Shown piece after piece: positions 28,953 to 38,042 of a DNA stretch of 64,000 nucleotides (position 1 is its first letter; every line of letters begins with the position of its first letter). The DNA lies in contig DASYDT010000135.1 of assembly GCA_036499425.1 (NCBI GenBank), positions 12,757 through 76,756 on the forward strand, written 5' to 3'. This stretch comes from Candidatus Udaeobacter sp. GTDB lineage: Bacteria > Verrucomicrobiota > Verrucomicrobiia > Chthoniobacterales > UBA10450. The position numbers were made by a program, and so were the translations under genes. The notes under the pieces were generated by a model. The model was not told where the DNA came from. It was given only the letters and a program-made list of their open reading frames with translations, and ran no database searches.

Positions 28953-28996
28953 CCATTTGATCATCATGATTCAGTTCGTCATTCGAGCTTCGTCAG
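28953..28996. repeat. REP-D-like array (inverted orientation)
   Basis: CATTTGATCATCATGATTCAGTTCGTCATTCGAGCTTCGTCAG. Confidence 0.45.
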
Positions 28997-29375
28997 TTGT
29001 CTCGCCACTGAAGACTCAAGCTATAGTCTTCTGCCAATCTCAACACTGTGCCGAAGCGCTCGCCGAGTTGGTTCAGGAGATTGCAAAGCCATTTCGCATC
29101 GGCGGCAGATACGCTTTCCAGTCCGAACCGCCGCATTTGCATTGGAATCATTCGGGCAGCGATCAACTCACCGCTACCTGCATCCAGCTCGACGAAATAC
29201 ATCAGTGCCAAATCACCGGCCGCTTACAGGAAGTCGTCGGTCGCTTCAAGCCGATGGTGTAAGATCGACGTCTACTTTTTCACGCGCTTAAGCCGGATGT
29301 TCGATCCGTAAAACGCGACGCAACCCGGGTCTGCTTTTCGCGATGCGCTCACCGAAACGATGATGTCGTCGCCCT

Positions 29376-29672
29376 TTAGGTGATCCTTCCCGTACCGGAA
29401 TTTTTGCAGCTGTCTTCGAATTTGAATTCGAGTTTGCCTTTGTCTGTGACCTTTCCCGCACCCTGACCTTCGGGCGCGGCGCCCTCGCCGATGTGCTTGA
29501 TCGCGCTGAACCAGACCCGCATGCTGATACCGCTGCCTTCGATGCTCATTTGAAACACCGCGCTGCCGCCCTGATAACTTTTGTCCGTGTATTCGCCAGC
29601 GAATTGCCCGTGCGCTGCGCTCACCGAAAAGGCGAATACGATTGCACCGAGGAGTAGATGTCGATCTTTCAT
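29376..29672 (-). CDS. Small secreted hypothetical protein, apparently interrupted (see findings)
   Basis: Signal peptide MKDRHLLLGAIVFAFSVSAAHG. The ORF stops at 29376, but a protein-like reading continues in the -1 frame to 29272. Confidence 0.45.
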   Translation of the reverse strand: MKDRHLLLGAIVFAFSVSAAHGQFAGEYTDKSYQGGSAVFQMSIEGSGISMRVWFSAIKHIGEGAAPEGQGAGKVTDKGKLEFKFEDSCKNSGTGRIT

Positions 29673-29712
29673 GCCGCGGTTACATCAAATTGTGAGCCTT
29701 TCCGATAGCGTT

Positions 29713-31020
29713 ATGCTGCGTCCGATGATTTCGCCGGAGGTCGACGCGGGAAAAAGCTCGCGCAGTCGGATTGCGTGGCGGCTTCTGCCGTTTCTTTTTC
29801 TTCTTTACGTCGCGAATTATCTCGATCGCACAAACATCGCCTACGCGACGCTCGGGATGAGAGGCGATCTCGGCCTGAGTGACTCTGTCTTCGGAACGGC
29901 GAGCGGAATTTTTTTTATCGGCTATTTCGCACTGCAAGTTCCCGGCGCGCTTTTGGTCGAACGTTGGAGCGCGCGCTGGTTGCTCGCGCTGACGCTGATC
30001 ACCTGGGGCGCGCTCACCACCCTCACTGCATTTGTCCACACTCCACACCAGCTTTACGGCGCGCGCTTCTTGTTAGGCGCAGCCGAAGCCGGATTTTTCC
30101 CCGGTGTAATCGTTTATCTTTCGCACTGGTTCATTTACCAGGACCGCGCGAAAGCGATTGCGCGGTTCATGTCCGCGATTCCGATCGCCTACATTCTTGG
30201 AGGACCGCTCGCGGGAAAGATTCTCGGAATTCATTGGCTGGGAACACCTGGCTGGCGCTGGTTGTTTCTTCTCGAAGGTATTCCGGCGGTTTTGCTCGGT
30301 TTCGTCACGTTGCTCGTCCTGCCGGATCGGCCTAACGAAGCGCCTTGGCTTGCGCCTAACGAACGGGATTGGATTGAATCTCGCCTGACCGAGGAACGAC
30401 GCGTCAAGACAGACGCGGAGCAGATGTCGATCTTGCAAGCACTGCGCGACCCGCCGGTCATCATTCTGACGTTGGGTCTCTTCTTCTGTTATAGTGGCGG
30501 TTACATTTTTTGGTTCTGGATGCCAACGTTGCTCAAACGTATGACCGGATGGAGCGACATTCACGTTGGTTGGATGGGTGCGATCCCGTTCATCGCCGGA
30601 TTAATTGGAATGTTGTTGCTCGGATGGAACTCCGATCGCACCCGCGAACGACGATGGCATTTTGCGGCGCCGCAATTGACGGCCGCGCTCGGACTGGCGG
30701 CGTGGTTCTTTTTGCCGCATTCGAACGCGCTATTGATCCTGGTGTTCACGCTCATCGGCTTCGGAACAGTCTCGTATCTGCCGGCGTTTTGGGCGTTGCC
30801 CTCCGCATTTCTCACCAGCTCGGCCGCGGCCGCAGCGGTCGGCTTCATCAACTGCACCGCCAGCATCGGCGGATTCGTGGGACCGAAAATTTTCGGCGAC
30901 CTGAGTCAGCGCACCGGATCGTTTAACACGGGTTTCTTGGTGATGATCGTCTGCTGGATCATAGCGTCCGTGCTCGTGCTGATTTGTCCGCGCGCGCGCA
31001 CGACGGAACTCAGTTCTTAA
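29713..31020 (+). CDS. MFS transporter (anion:cation symporter-like)
   Basis: About 12 TM segments and the ACS-type motif LLYVANYLDRTNIAYA. The ATG at 29713 is preferred over the ORF opening at 29581. Confidence 0.8.
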   Translation: MLRPMISPEVDAGKSSRSRIAWRLLPFLFLLYVANYLDRTNIAYATLGMRGDLGLSDSVFGTASGIFFIGYFALQVPGALLVERWSARWLLALTLITWGALTTLTAFVHTPHQLYGARFLLGAAEAGFFPGVIVYLSHWFIYQDRAKAIARFMSAIPIAYILGGPLAGKILGIHWLGTPGWRWLFLLEGIPAVLLGFVTLLVLPDRPNEAPWLAPNERDWIESRLTEERRVKTDAEQMSILQALRDPPVIILTLGLFFCYSGGYIFWFWMPTLLKRMTGWSDIHVGWMGAIPFIAGLIGMLLLGWNSDRTRERRWHFAAPQLTAALGLAAWFFLPHSNALLILVFTLIGFGTVSYLPAFWALPSAFLTSSAAAAAVGFINCTASIGGFVGPKIFGDLSQRTGSFNTGFLVMIVCWIIASVLVLICPRARTTELSS

Positions 31021-32368
31021 GTGCGACTTCAAACGGCGCGCCGGTCTTTGCGCGGATGTCGTCCACCGTTGCATTGGAATGAATCTCGGTCAGGACGAGT
31101 CCGCCTCCCGGTTTCACTTCGAACACACACAAATCGGTGATGATTAAATTGACCACTCTAAGACCGGTGATCGGCAACGTGCACTTTTTCAAAATCTTCG
31201 GGCTGCCGTCTTTCGAAGTATGTTCCATCACCGCGACGACGCGTTTCACCCCTGCGACCAAGTCCATCGCTCCGCCCGGACCTTTGATCATTTTCCCCGG
31301 AATCATCCAGTTTGCGATATCGCCGGCGTCGGTCACTTCGAATGCTCCAAGAATCGCGAGATCGATATGACCACCGCGGATCTGACCGAAGGAGTCAGCG
31401 CTCGAAAAAAATGCTGAGCCGGGCATGGTGGTAATCGTTTGTTTGCCGGCGTTAATGAGATCGGGATCTTCTTCGCCCGGATTTGGGAATGGACCGATGC
31501 CCAGCAAACCGTTCTCGGATTGCAGCGTCACATTCATGCCTTTCGGAATGTAATTCGCCACCAAAGTTGGAATTCCGATACCGAGATTAACGTAATAACC
31601 GTCACGCAATTCCTGGGCTGCGCGCTTCGCCATCAAATCGCGAACCGGCGATGAAGTTTTCTTGTTTGGATCGGCGCCCTGCACGGTCCGGAATTCGATC
31701 CGTTTTTCGTATTTTTCGCCCTGAATAATCCGATCGACAAAAATTCCGGGCGTATGGATTTGATCCGGCTCGAGCTCGCCGATTTCGACAAGTTGTTCGA
31801 CTTCGGCCACGCAAACCCTCCCGCAGGTTGCGATCATCGGATTAAAGTTTCGAGCCGTCTCATGGTAGATCAGGTTGCCGGATTTATCGCCCTTCCATGC
31901 TTTCACGATCGAAAGTTCTGCCGTGATTCCGGGTTCAAGAACGTAATCAGTGCCGTTGAACTTTTTGGTCTCTTTGCTTTCGGTCAGTTTGGTGCCGAAG
32001 CCGGTGCGCGTATAAAATCCAGGAATTCCGGCGCCGCCGGCGCGCAACCGTTCGGCGAGGGTGCCTTGCGGAATAAGCTCAAGCTCCAGCTCGCCCGCCA
32101 ACACCTGCCGTTCGAATTCCTTGTTCTCGCCGACATACGACGCCATAACTTTTTTTACCTGACGCGCCGGCAGCAGAACTCCCATTCCGAAGTTATCGAC
32201 ACCTGCGTTGTTACCGACGATGGTGAGACCTTTGACGCCGCTGTCGTGCACCGCGGCGATGAGATTTTCGGGAATACCGCACAATCCGAAACCGCCTGCC
32301 GCAATCGTCATGTTGTCGTGGAGCAGGCCTTTCAGCGCGGCCTTGGCATTCGGGCAAACTTTATTCAT
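31010..32368 (-). CDS. Fused A+B subunit 3-oxoacid/acyl CoA-transferase (family I)
   Basis: N-terminal half GGFGLCGIPENLI...GTLAERLRAGGAGIPGF (subunit A). C-terminal half with NLGIGIP and SENG (catalytic Glu motif, subunit B). Confidence 0.85.
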   Translation of the reverse strand: MNKVCPNAKAALKGLLHDNMTIAAGGFGLCGIPENLIAAVHDSGVKGLTIVGNNAGVDNFGMGVLLPARQVKKVMASYVGENKEFERQVLAGELELELIPQGTLAERLRAGGAGIPGFYTRTGFGTKLTESKETKKFNGTDYVLEPGITAELSIVKAWKGDKSGNLIYHETARNFNPMIATCGRVCVAEVEQLVEIGELEPDQIHTPGIFVDRIIQGEKYEKRIEFRTVQGADPNKKTSSPVRDLMAKRAAQELRDGYYVNLGIGIPTLVANYIPKGMNVTLQSENGLLGIGPFPNPGEEDPDLINAGKQTITTMPGSAFFSSADSFGQIRGGHIDLAILGAFEVTDAGDIANWMIPGKMIKGPGGAMDLVAGVKRVVAVMEHTSKDGSPKILKKCTLPITGLRVVNLIITDLCVFEVKPGGGLVLTEIHSNATVDDIRAKTGAPFEVALKN

Positions 32369-32464
32369 CTAGAAATGATTGTGCGTGTATTTTGACCGCT
32401 GGGCAACCGCAACGAACATCGCTTGCCGACCTGATTTTCGTCGGCAGATTGGACGTTCAATTTC

Positions 32465-33859
32465 ATGGCTACAAAGACACTTGCGCATCAGCTCGCCGAA
32501 TACGCGACCTCACTGAATTTCGAAGATCTCTCGAAAGACGTCGTTCACGAAGTGAAACGACGCGTCATCGATTCGCTCGGCTGCGCGCTCGGAGCCTGGA
32601 ACGAGGAACCGTGCGTCATCGCGCGCGAAGTGGCGGCGGATTTTTCGGCGAAACATGGTTCCACAATCATCGGCACGAATCACAAAGCCCCGCCGGACTG
32701 GACGGCGTTCGCGAACGGCTGTTGCATCCGCTATTTTGATTACAACGACACATATCTGTCGAAGGAGCCAGCGCATCCGAGCGATAACATTTCGGCTGCG
32801 CTGGCGGTGGCCGAGAGTGTTGGCACAAATGGGCAGCAGTTGATCACCGCCATCGCGCTGGCGTATGAAGTGCAATGCCGCTTTTGCGACGCGGCTAGCA
32901 TTCGTGCGCGCGGCTGGGATCATGTGACATACGGCGCGTTCTCGACTGCGCTGGCGTCTGCGCATTTGATGAAACTTGATCCGGTAAAGACGCGCCACGC
33001 CGTGAACATCGCGGGCGTGGCGGGCGCGGCCATGCGCCAGGCGCGCGCGGGCGAGCTCTCGCACTGGAAAGGTGTGGCTTTCGCGAACGCAGCGCGACAT
33101 GGTGTTTACTCGGCACTGCTTGCCCGCGCAGGCATGACCGGGCCGGGTCCGATTTTTGAAGGCCAAATGGGGTTTGAAAAGCAGCTCGGCGTGTCGCTGG
33201 GCAATGTGGCCGAAAAGTTTGCCGTGCCGTTTGAAAAAACCGGCGACGGGCCGGCATCGATGATCTTGCGCACGAGCATCAAATTCTGGCCCGCAGAATA
33301 CCACAGCCAAAGCGCAATCGAAAGCGCATTGGCTTTGCGCAAGGAGATAGGCAATTCTTCGAAAATAAAACAGGTCGTCATTGAGAGTCACGACGCCGCG
33401 GTGGACATCATCGGGAGCGAGCCGGAAAAATGGAAACCGAAAACGCGCGAGACGGCGGACCACAGCTTGCCTTACATCACGGCGATTGCGTTAATCGACG
33501 GCGAAGTCACCGATAAACAATTCGAGCCGCAGCGTTTCAAAGATCCGGAGGTTTGGAAATTTTTGGAGAACGTAAAGGTCGAACGCAACGCGGAACTGAG
33601 CTCGTTATATCCCGACGCGGTCGCGAACATTGTGCACGTTGATCTCCCCGATGGCCGGCGGTTGACCAGGCGAGTCGATTATCCGATGGGCCACGCGAAG
33701 AATCCGCTCAAAGATTCACAGGTGGAAGAGAAATTCCGTGCGCTCGTTGAGCCGATGCTCGGCAGCGCCCGCGCGCGGAGCATTGTCAACATTGTGTGGA
33801 AGCTCGATAAAGCGAAAAACGTCGATGAGCTGATTCTCGCCTGCGTAATGGAGAAGTAG
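32465..33859 (+). CDS. prpD: 2-methylcitrate dehydratase (MmgE/PrpD family)
   Basis: 464 aa with PrpD-family layout (DSLGCALGA...HPSDN...DHSLPY). Adjacent to prpB and prpC. Confidence 0.85.
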   Translation: MATKTLAHQLAEYATSLNFEDLSKDVVHEVKRRVIDSLGCALGAWNEEPCVIAREVAADFSAKHGSTIIGTNHKAPPDWTAFANGCCIRYFDYNDTYLSKEPAHPSDNISAALAVAESVGTNGQQLITAIALAYEVQCRFCDAASIRARGWDHVTYGAFSTALASAHLMKLDPVKTRHAVNIAGVAGAAMRQARAGELSHWKGVAFANAARHGVYSALLARAGMTGPGPIFEGQMGFEKQLGVSLGNVAEKFAVPFEKTGDGPASMILRTSIKFWPAEYHSQSAIESALALRKEIGNSSKIKQVVIESHDAAVDIIGSEPEKWKPKTRETADHSLPYITAIALIDGEVTDKQFEPQRFKDPEVWKFLENVKVERNAELSSLYPDAVANIVHVDLPDGRRLTRRVDYPMGHAKNPLKDSQVEEKFRALVEPMLGSARARSIVNIVWKLDKAKNVDELILACVMEK

Positions 33860-33872
33860 ATCGATTACGAGC

Positions 33873-34730
33873 ATGAGCAAGAGCAAGAGAAAGAGACTGC
33901 GGGAGCTTATCACGAAGGGCGCGGTGATACTGCCTGGTGTTCCGAACGCGGCAATGGCGCGGCAGGTGAAGCGCGCTGGGTTTGACGCGGTGTATATCAG
34001 CGGCGCTGGAATGGTGAACGCGACGGCCGGTATGCCGGACATCGGGCTACTCACGATGACAGAGGTCGTCAGCCTCGCCGGATACATTGCAAATGCGGTG
34101 ACAATTCCGGCAATTGTCGATGCTGATACCGGATTTGGCGGCGCAGAAAACGTTGCGCGGACGATTAAGGAATTAGAAAAAGCTGGTCTGGCGGGCTGTC
34201 ATATTGAAGACCAGGAATTTCCAAAGCGCTGTGGTCATCTTGCAGGGAAATCGCTTGTCGATCTTGAGGAGATGGCCGGCAAAATCAAAGCGGCGGTGGC
34301 GGCGCGCCGGGATCCGAATTTCATGATCATCGCACGGACAGATGCGCGCGCGGTCGAAGGTTTCGATCGCGCGGTCGAGCGAGCGGGCGAATATCTTGCC
34401 GCCGGTGCCGACGCGATTTTTCCGGAGGCATTGCAAAGCGCCGAAGAGTTTCGCGATTTTGCTAAGGAAATTGATCTGCCGTTGCTCGCGAACATGACTG
34501 AGTTTGGAAAAAGTCCGCTGTTGACCTTTGAACAGCTCGCGGTTTTCGGCTACCGGTTGGTGATTTTCCCGCAGAGCGCGTTTCGCGTTTCGATGAGAGC
34601 GAGTGAAAAGTTTTTTGCGGCACTAAAGAAGACCGGGACGCAATCCGATTGGATCGACAGGATGCAGACGCGGCAGGAACTTTACGAATTGCTCGAGTAC
34701 GATCCGGACGCCGAGAATTGGAACGCCTAA
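33873..34730 (+). CDS. prpB: Methylisocitrate lyase
   Basis: ICL/PEP-mutase family motifs DADTGFG and EDQEFPKRCGHLAGK (KRCGH active-site loop). Confidence 0.9.
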   Translation: MSKSKRKRLRELITKGAVILPGVPNAAMARQVKRAGFDAVYISGAGMVNATAGMPDIGLLTMTEVVSLAGYIANAVTIPAIVDADTGFGGAENVARTIKELEKAGLAGCHIEDQEFPKRCGHLAGKSLVDLEEMAGKIKAAVAARRDPNFMIIARTDARAVEGFDRAVERAGEYLAAGADAIFPEALQSAEEFRDFAKEIDLPLLANMTEFGKSPLLTFEQLAVFGYRLVIFPQSAFRVSMRASEKFFAALKKTGTQSDWIDRMQTRQELYELLEYDPDAENWNA

Positions 34731-34796
34731 AGTTGAACATCAACTGATTAAGTCCGGTCAGTTGAACGATTGCGATTCGCAAGTAAAGAGAAACCA

Positions 34797-35930
34797 ATGG
34801 CTACTGAAAAGAAACCAGAATACAGCCCGGGGCTGGCCGGAGTTATTGCTGGCGAAACTTCGATTTGCTGGGTCGATCCCAACGCCGGGCTGATGTATCG
34901 GGGCTACGACATTCATGAAATGGCGGAGAAGGCGAGTTTTGAAGAGGTCGCGTACCTGCTCTTGAATGGTGAGTTGCCCAATGGGAAACAATTGGCCGAG
35001 TTTACTCAGCAAATTGCCGCAGAACGCGCACTGCCGGGTCCCGTAACTGAAATGCTGCGGCTATTGCCGAGCGCGACCCACCCGATGGATATGCTGCGCA
35101 CTGGGGTGTCAATGCTGAGCGCGTTCGACAAGGATCTCAGCGACAACTCGCACGACGCCAACGTCCGCAAGTCGATCCGGTTGATCGCGCGCGTTTCCAC
35201 TTTAATCACCGACGGCTGGCGTATTTCGCACGGCGAACAACCGATCCCGGAACGACCGGATCTCACGCAGGCTGGCAATTTCTTTTACAAGCTGGACGGC
35301 AAAGTTCCGCAGGATTGGCAAATCCGAATGTTGGATACGATTTTCAATCTTTACGCCGACCATGAATTCAACGCTTCCACTTTTGCGGCGCGCGTGACGG
35401 CTTCGACACTGGCGGGGATCTATGCAGCAGTGACCTCGGCAGTCGCCACGCTTAAAGGTCCGTTGCACGGCGGCGCCAATGAGGAATCGATGAAAATGCT
35501 GGAGGAAATCGGGACACCGGATCGGGCGGAAGCGTGGCTGATGAAAAAACTTGCGACGAAAGAAAAGGTCATGGGTTTCGGCCATCGAGTTTACAAAAAA
35601 GGTGATTCACGCGTGCCGGTGATGCGAGAGATCGGGCGCGAACTCGGCAAGCGCATCGGCAAGGAAAATTGGGTGCCGATTTGCGAAAAACTCGAAGAAG
35701 TAATGGATCGCGAGAAACATCTTTGCGCCAATGTGGATCTTTACGCCGCGCCGGTGTTTTGGATGTTTGGTTTTCCGCCGGAGCTGAACACGCCGCTCTT
35801 TGCTGCGTCGCGCGTGGCTGGCTGGTGCGCGCACGTCACGGAGCAACACGATCACAATCGGCTAATCCGGCCGCGCTCACTTTACACGGGCCCTCAATTG
35901 CGCCCATACCCAGAGTCGCCAAAAAGGTAG
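34797..35930 (+). CDS. prpC: 2-methylcitrate synthase / citrate synthase family
   Basis: Citrate-synthase motifs GPLHGGANE, GFGHRVYK and D.R. The ATG at 34797 has an AAAGAG SD. The TAG stop is contributed by a REP-B terminus. Confidence 0.9.
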   Translation: MATEKKPEYSPGLAGVIAGETSICWVDPNAGLMYRGYDIHEMAEKASFEEVAYLLLNGELPNGKQLAEFTQQIAAERALPGPVTEMLRLLPSATHPMDMLRTGVSMLSAFDKDLSDNSHDANVRKSIRLIARVSTLITDGWRISHGEQPIPERPDLTQAGNFFYKLDGKVPQDWQIRMLDTIFNLYADHEFNASTFAARVTASTLAGIYAAVTSAVATLKGPLHGGANEESMKMLEEIGTPDRAEAWLMKKLATKEKVMGFGHRVYKKGDSRVPVMREIGRELGKRIGKENWVPICEKLEEVMDREKHLCANVDLYAAPVFWMFGFPPELNTPLFAASRVAGWCAHVTEQHDHNRLIRPRSLYTGPQLRPYPESPKR

Positions 35931-35984
35931 GGACGGCGCGCTGCGCCGTCTCCCGCGCCTGCGGGACAGCGCGGTATCCCTACC
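35926..35984. repeat. REP-B palindromic element
   Basis: GGTAGGGACGGCGCGCTGCGCCGTCTCCCGCGCCTGCGGGACAGCGCGGTATCCCTACC. Its GGTAG terminus supplies the prpC TAG stop. Confidence 0.8.
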
Positions 35985-35988
35985 AGCT

Positions 35989-36456
35989 ATGGAAAAATCG
36001 CAATCACTTCAGGAAAAATACGCTCCGAACAATATCTGCTGGGGTTGCGGCCCGGCGAACCGGGACGGGTTGCACATTCGAAGCTTTCTAAAAAACGGCG
36101 AAGTGGTCGCCGAGTGGAAACCGGAGAAAAAATACGAAGCTTTTGATGGAGTTTTGAATGGCGGCGTCATCGGCACGTTGCTCGATTGCCACTGCAACTG
36201 GACAGCGGCTTATCATCTGATGAAACGTGCAAACGAGGATCGCCCGCCGTGCACGGTCACCGCGGAATACTCGATCAAATTGCTGCGGCCAACTCCGACG
36301 AACGATTCGGTGTTTCTTTCCGCCAAAATCGTGGATCTGACGGATGATCGCGCGACCGTCGAGGGGACATTGAACGTCGGCGGAAAAGTCTGCGCCATTT
36401 GTCGCGGAATTTTTGTCGCGGTGAAGGAAGGTCATCCCGCATATCATAGGTGGTAG
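35989..36456 (+). CDS. Hotdog-fold thioesterase (PaaI/YbgC-like)
   Basis: 155 aa. GGVIGTLLDCH...TAEYSIKLLRP is the hotdog core pattern. Flanked by inverted REP-B copies. Confidence 0.7.
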   Translation: MEKSQSLQEKYAPNNICWGCGPANRDGLHIRSFLKNGEVVAEWKPEKKYEAFDGVLNGGVIGTLLDCHCNWTAAYHLMKRANEDRPPCTVTAEYSIKLLRPTPTNDSVFLSAKIVDLTDDRATVEGTLNVGGKVCAICRGIFVAVKEGHPAYHRW

Positions 36457-36508
36457 ACGCCGCGCTGTCCCGCAGGCGCGGGAGTCGGCGCGGCGCGCCG
36501 ACCCTACC
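36452..36508. repeat. REP-B palindromic element (inverted relative to 35926-35984)
   Basis: GGTAGACGCCGCGCTGTCCCGCAGGCGCGGGAGTCGGCGCGGCGCGCCGACCCTACC is the near reverse complement of the copy upstream of the thioesterase gene. It supplies that gene's TAG stop. Confidence 0.8.
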
Positions 36509-36564
36509 AAAGAATTCCCTGTCCGAATTTCGTCGATGCGTCAATGCGCGTGAGTGCTTAATCT

Positions 36565-37638
36565 TTGCATATGAAAACACTCGATCTACTTCCGCCTCCA
36601 GAGACGATGTATCGCGCGCTCGTGAATCGCGATTCGAGCTTCGAAGGAATTTTTTATGTCGGCGTGCGCACAACTGGAATTTTCTGCCGCCCCACATGCA
36701 CGGCGAAAAAGCCGGCGCGTGAAAATACCGATTTCTTTGCGACGCCTGATGACGCGCTGGAGAGCGGTTATCGTCCGTGTCTGCGCTGCCATCCACTTGA
36801 ATCAACTGGTCGCCCGCCAAAGCTGATCGAGCGTCTGCGCACTGAAGTGGAGCGCGCGCCGGGAGGCCGGCTCACGGACAAAGAGCTCGCAACGCTTTCG
36901 ATCAATCCTTCTACTGCACGCCGTCAGTTCAAACGCCATTACGGAATGACCTTTCAAGCGTATCATCGCGCCCGTCGGATGGGACTTGCTTTAAGCGAGG
37001 TGCGGAAAGGCAGCCGCGTCGACGAAGCGCGAAACGGCAGCGGTTTTGAATCGGAGAGCGGTTTTCGCGAAGCGTTCACCAAGATTTTTGGTGAAGCACC
37101 AACGGCAGCAAAGGGCCGCGCTCCACTGTTTGCAGAGCGACTTGATACGCCGCTCGGCGCGATGATTGCCGTCGCGGATGATCACGGTTTGCGTTTGCTG
37201 GAGTTTATCAACCGTCGCGCGACCGAACGCGAATTATCGATTTTACGTAAGCGACTACGGACAAATGTAGTGCCGGGTGAGCATCGTCATCTTATCGCAA
37301 CGCGCCAACAGCTGGCTGATTATTTTTCCGGTAAGAACGTGGAGTTCGATATTCGGCTCGCGCCGATTGGGTCGCCATTTCAATTGCGCGCCTGGAAGAT
37401 CTTGCAGTCGATTCCAGTCGGCGAAACACGCTCGTATTCCTGGATGGCGAAACGCCTCGGGGATGAAAATGCGCGCCGCGCAGTCGGCCGTGCGAATGGG
37501 ACAAACATGATTTGCATCATCATTCCGTGCCACCGCGTCATCCGTGCCGATGGCACATTGTGCGGGTACGGTGGCGGATTGTGGCGCAAGAAATGGCTGC
37601 TCGATCACGAGCGGCGCTGGAAAGAAAGTGAGAGATGA
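36565..37638 (+). CDS. ada: Bifunctional Ada-type regulator / methylated-DNA-protein-cysteine methyltransferase
   Basis: N-terminal Ada zinc domain (CRPTCTAKKP...CLRC), an AraC-type HTH, and a C-terminal MGMT active site IPCHRVI. Confidence 0.85.
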   Translation: MHMKTLDLLPPPETMYRALVNRDSSFEGIFYVGVRTTGIFCRPTCTAKKPARENTDFFATPDDALESGYRPCLRCHPLESTGRPPKLIERLRTEVERAPGGRLTDKELATLSINPSTARRQFKRHYGMTFQAYHRARRMGLALSEVRKGSRVDEARNGSGFESESGFREAFTKIFGEAPTAAKGRAPLFAERLDTPLGAMIAVADDHGLRLLEFINRRATERELSILRKRLRTNVVPGEHRHLIATRQQLADYFSGKNVEFDIRLAPIGSPFQLRAWKILQSIPVGETRSYSWMAKRLGDENARRAVGRANGTNMICIIIPCHRVIRADGTLCGYGGGLWRKKWLLDHERRWKESER

Positions 37639-37697
37639 GATATGAGGAGTGGACTGGCGTTTTGTCCACCTTTCACCAATCACTAATCACTTGTCAC
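37628..37697. repeat. REP-D-like array pair with a central hairpin
   Basis: GTGAGAGATGAGATATGAGGA-GTGGACTGGCGTTTTGTCCAC-CTTTCACCAATCACTAATCACTTGTCAC, between the ada stop and the tRNA-Arg 3' end. Confidence 0.55.
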
Positions 37698-37707
37698 CGG
37701 AGAAAAA

Positions 37708-37781
37708 CGCGCCCGGGGTGACTCGAACACCCGACCCACGGATTAGAAATCCGTTGCTCTATCCGGCTGAGCTGCGGGCGC
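37708..37781 (-). tRNA. tRNA-Arg (anticodon UCU)
   Basis: 74-nt cloverleaf folded by hand: acceptor GCGCCCG/CGGGCGC, D-arm GCTC..GAGC, anticodon arm ACGGA-TTTCTAA-TCCGT, T-arm GGGTG-TTCGAGT-CACCC. No CCA is encoded. Confidence 0.9.
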
Positions 37782-37930
37782 AGAATTAGCACAGACATAT
37801 ACCGCGTTTCGCGACGAATAAAAGAACGCGGCTGCGCCGTTCGTAGTTTTGCTCAAGATAAGTACCAAATGGAAGACCAAGGGTACCAATATTTTTTTGG
37901 ACCTTGCGCGGATAAGGAACCGCAGCAGTT

Positions 37931-37984
37931 GCAAAATAGGAGACCGGCGGATTCGCCCATTGCGCCCTGCGAATTCCGCCGGTC
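37931..37984 (-). terminator. Probable terminator of the Gly/Tyr-rich protein gene
   Basis: A stem of about 15 bp, GACCGGCGGAATTCGC / GCGAATCCGCCGGTC (one bulge), followed on the minus strand by TCCTATTTT. Confidence 0.45.
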
Positions 37985-38042
37985 AATTAACCAAAAATTA
38001 TATAATTGCTCCCGTTCTCACCAATCGAGGGGAGAAACCGGA

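Noticed and set aside
32510-33463. Long antisense ORFs (for example 32510-33463, 6569-7324, 26677-27372, 31754-32395, 41171-41938, 52678-53283, 36275-36820)
   Set aside because: Each lies opposite a gene with clear family motifs and has Arg/Ser/Pro-rich shadow-frame composition. None has a recognisable motif or a plausible RBS.
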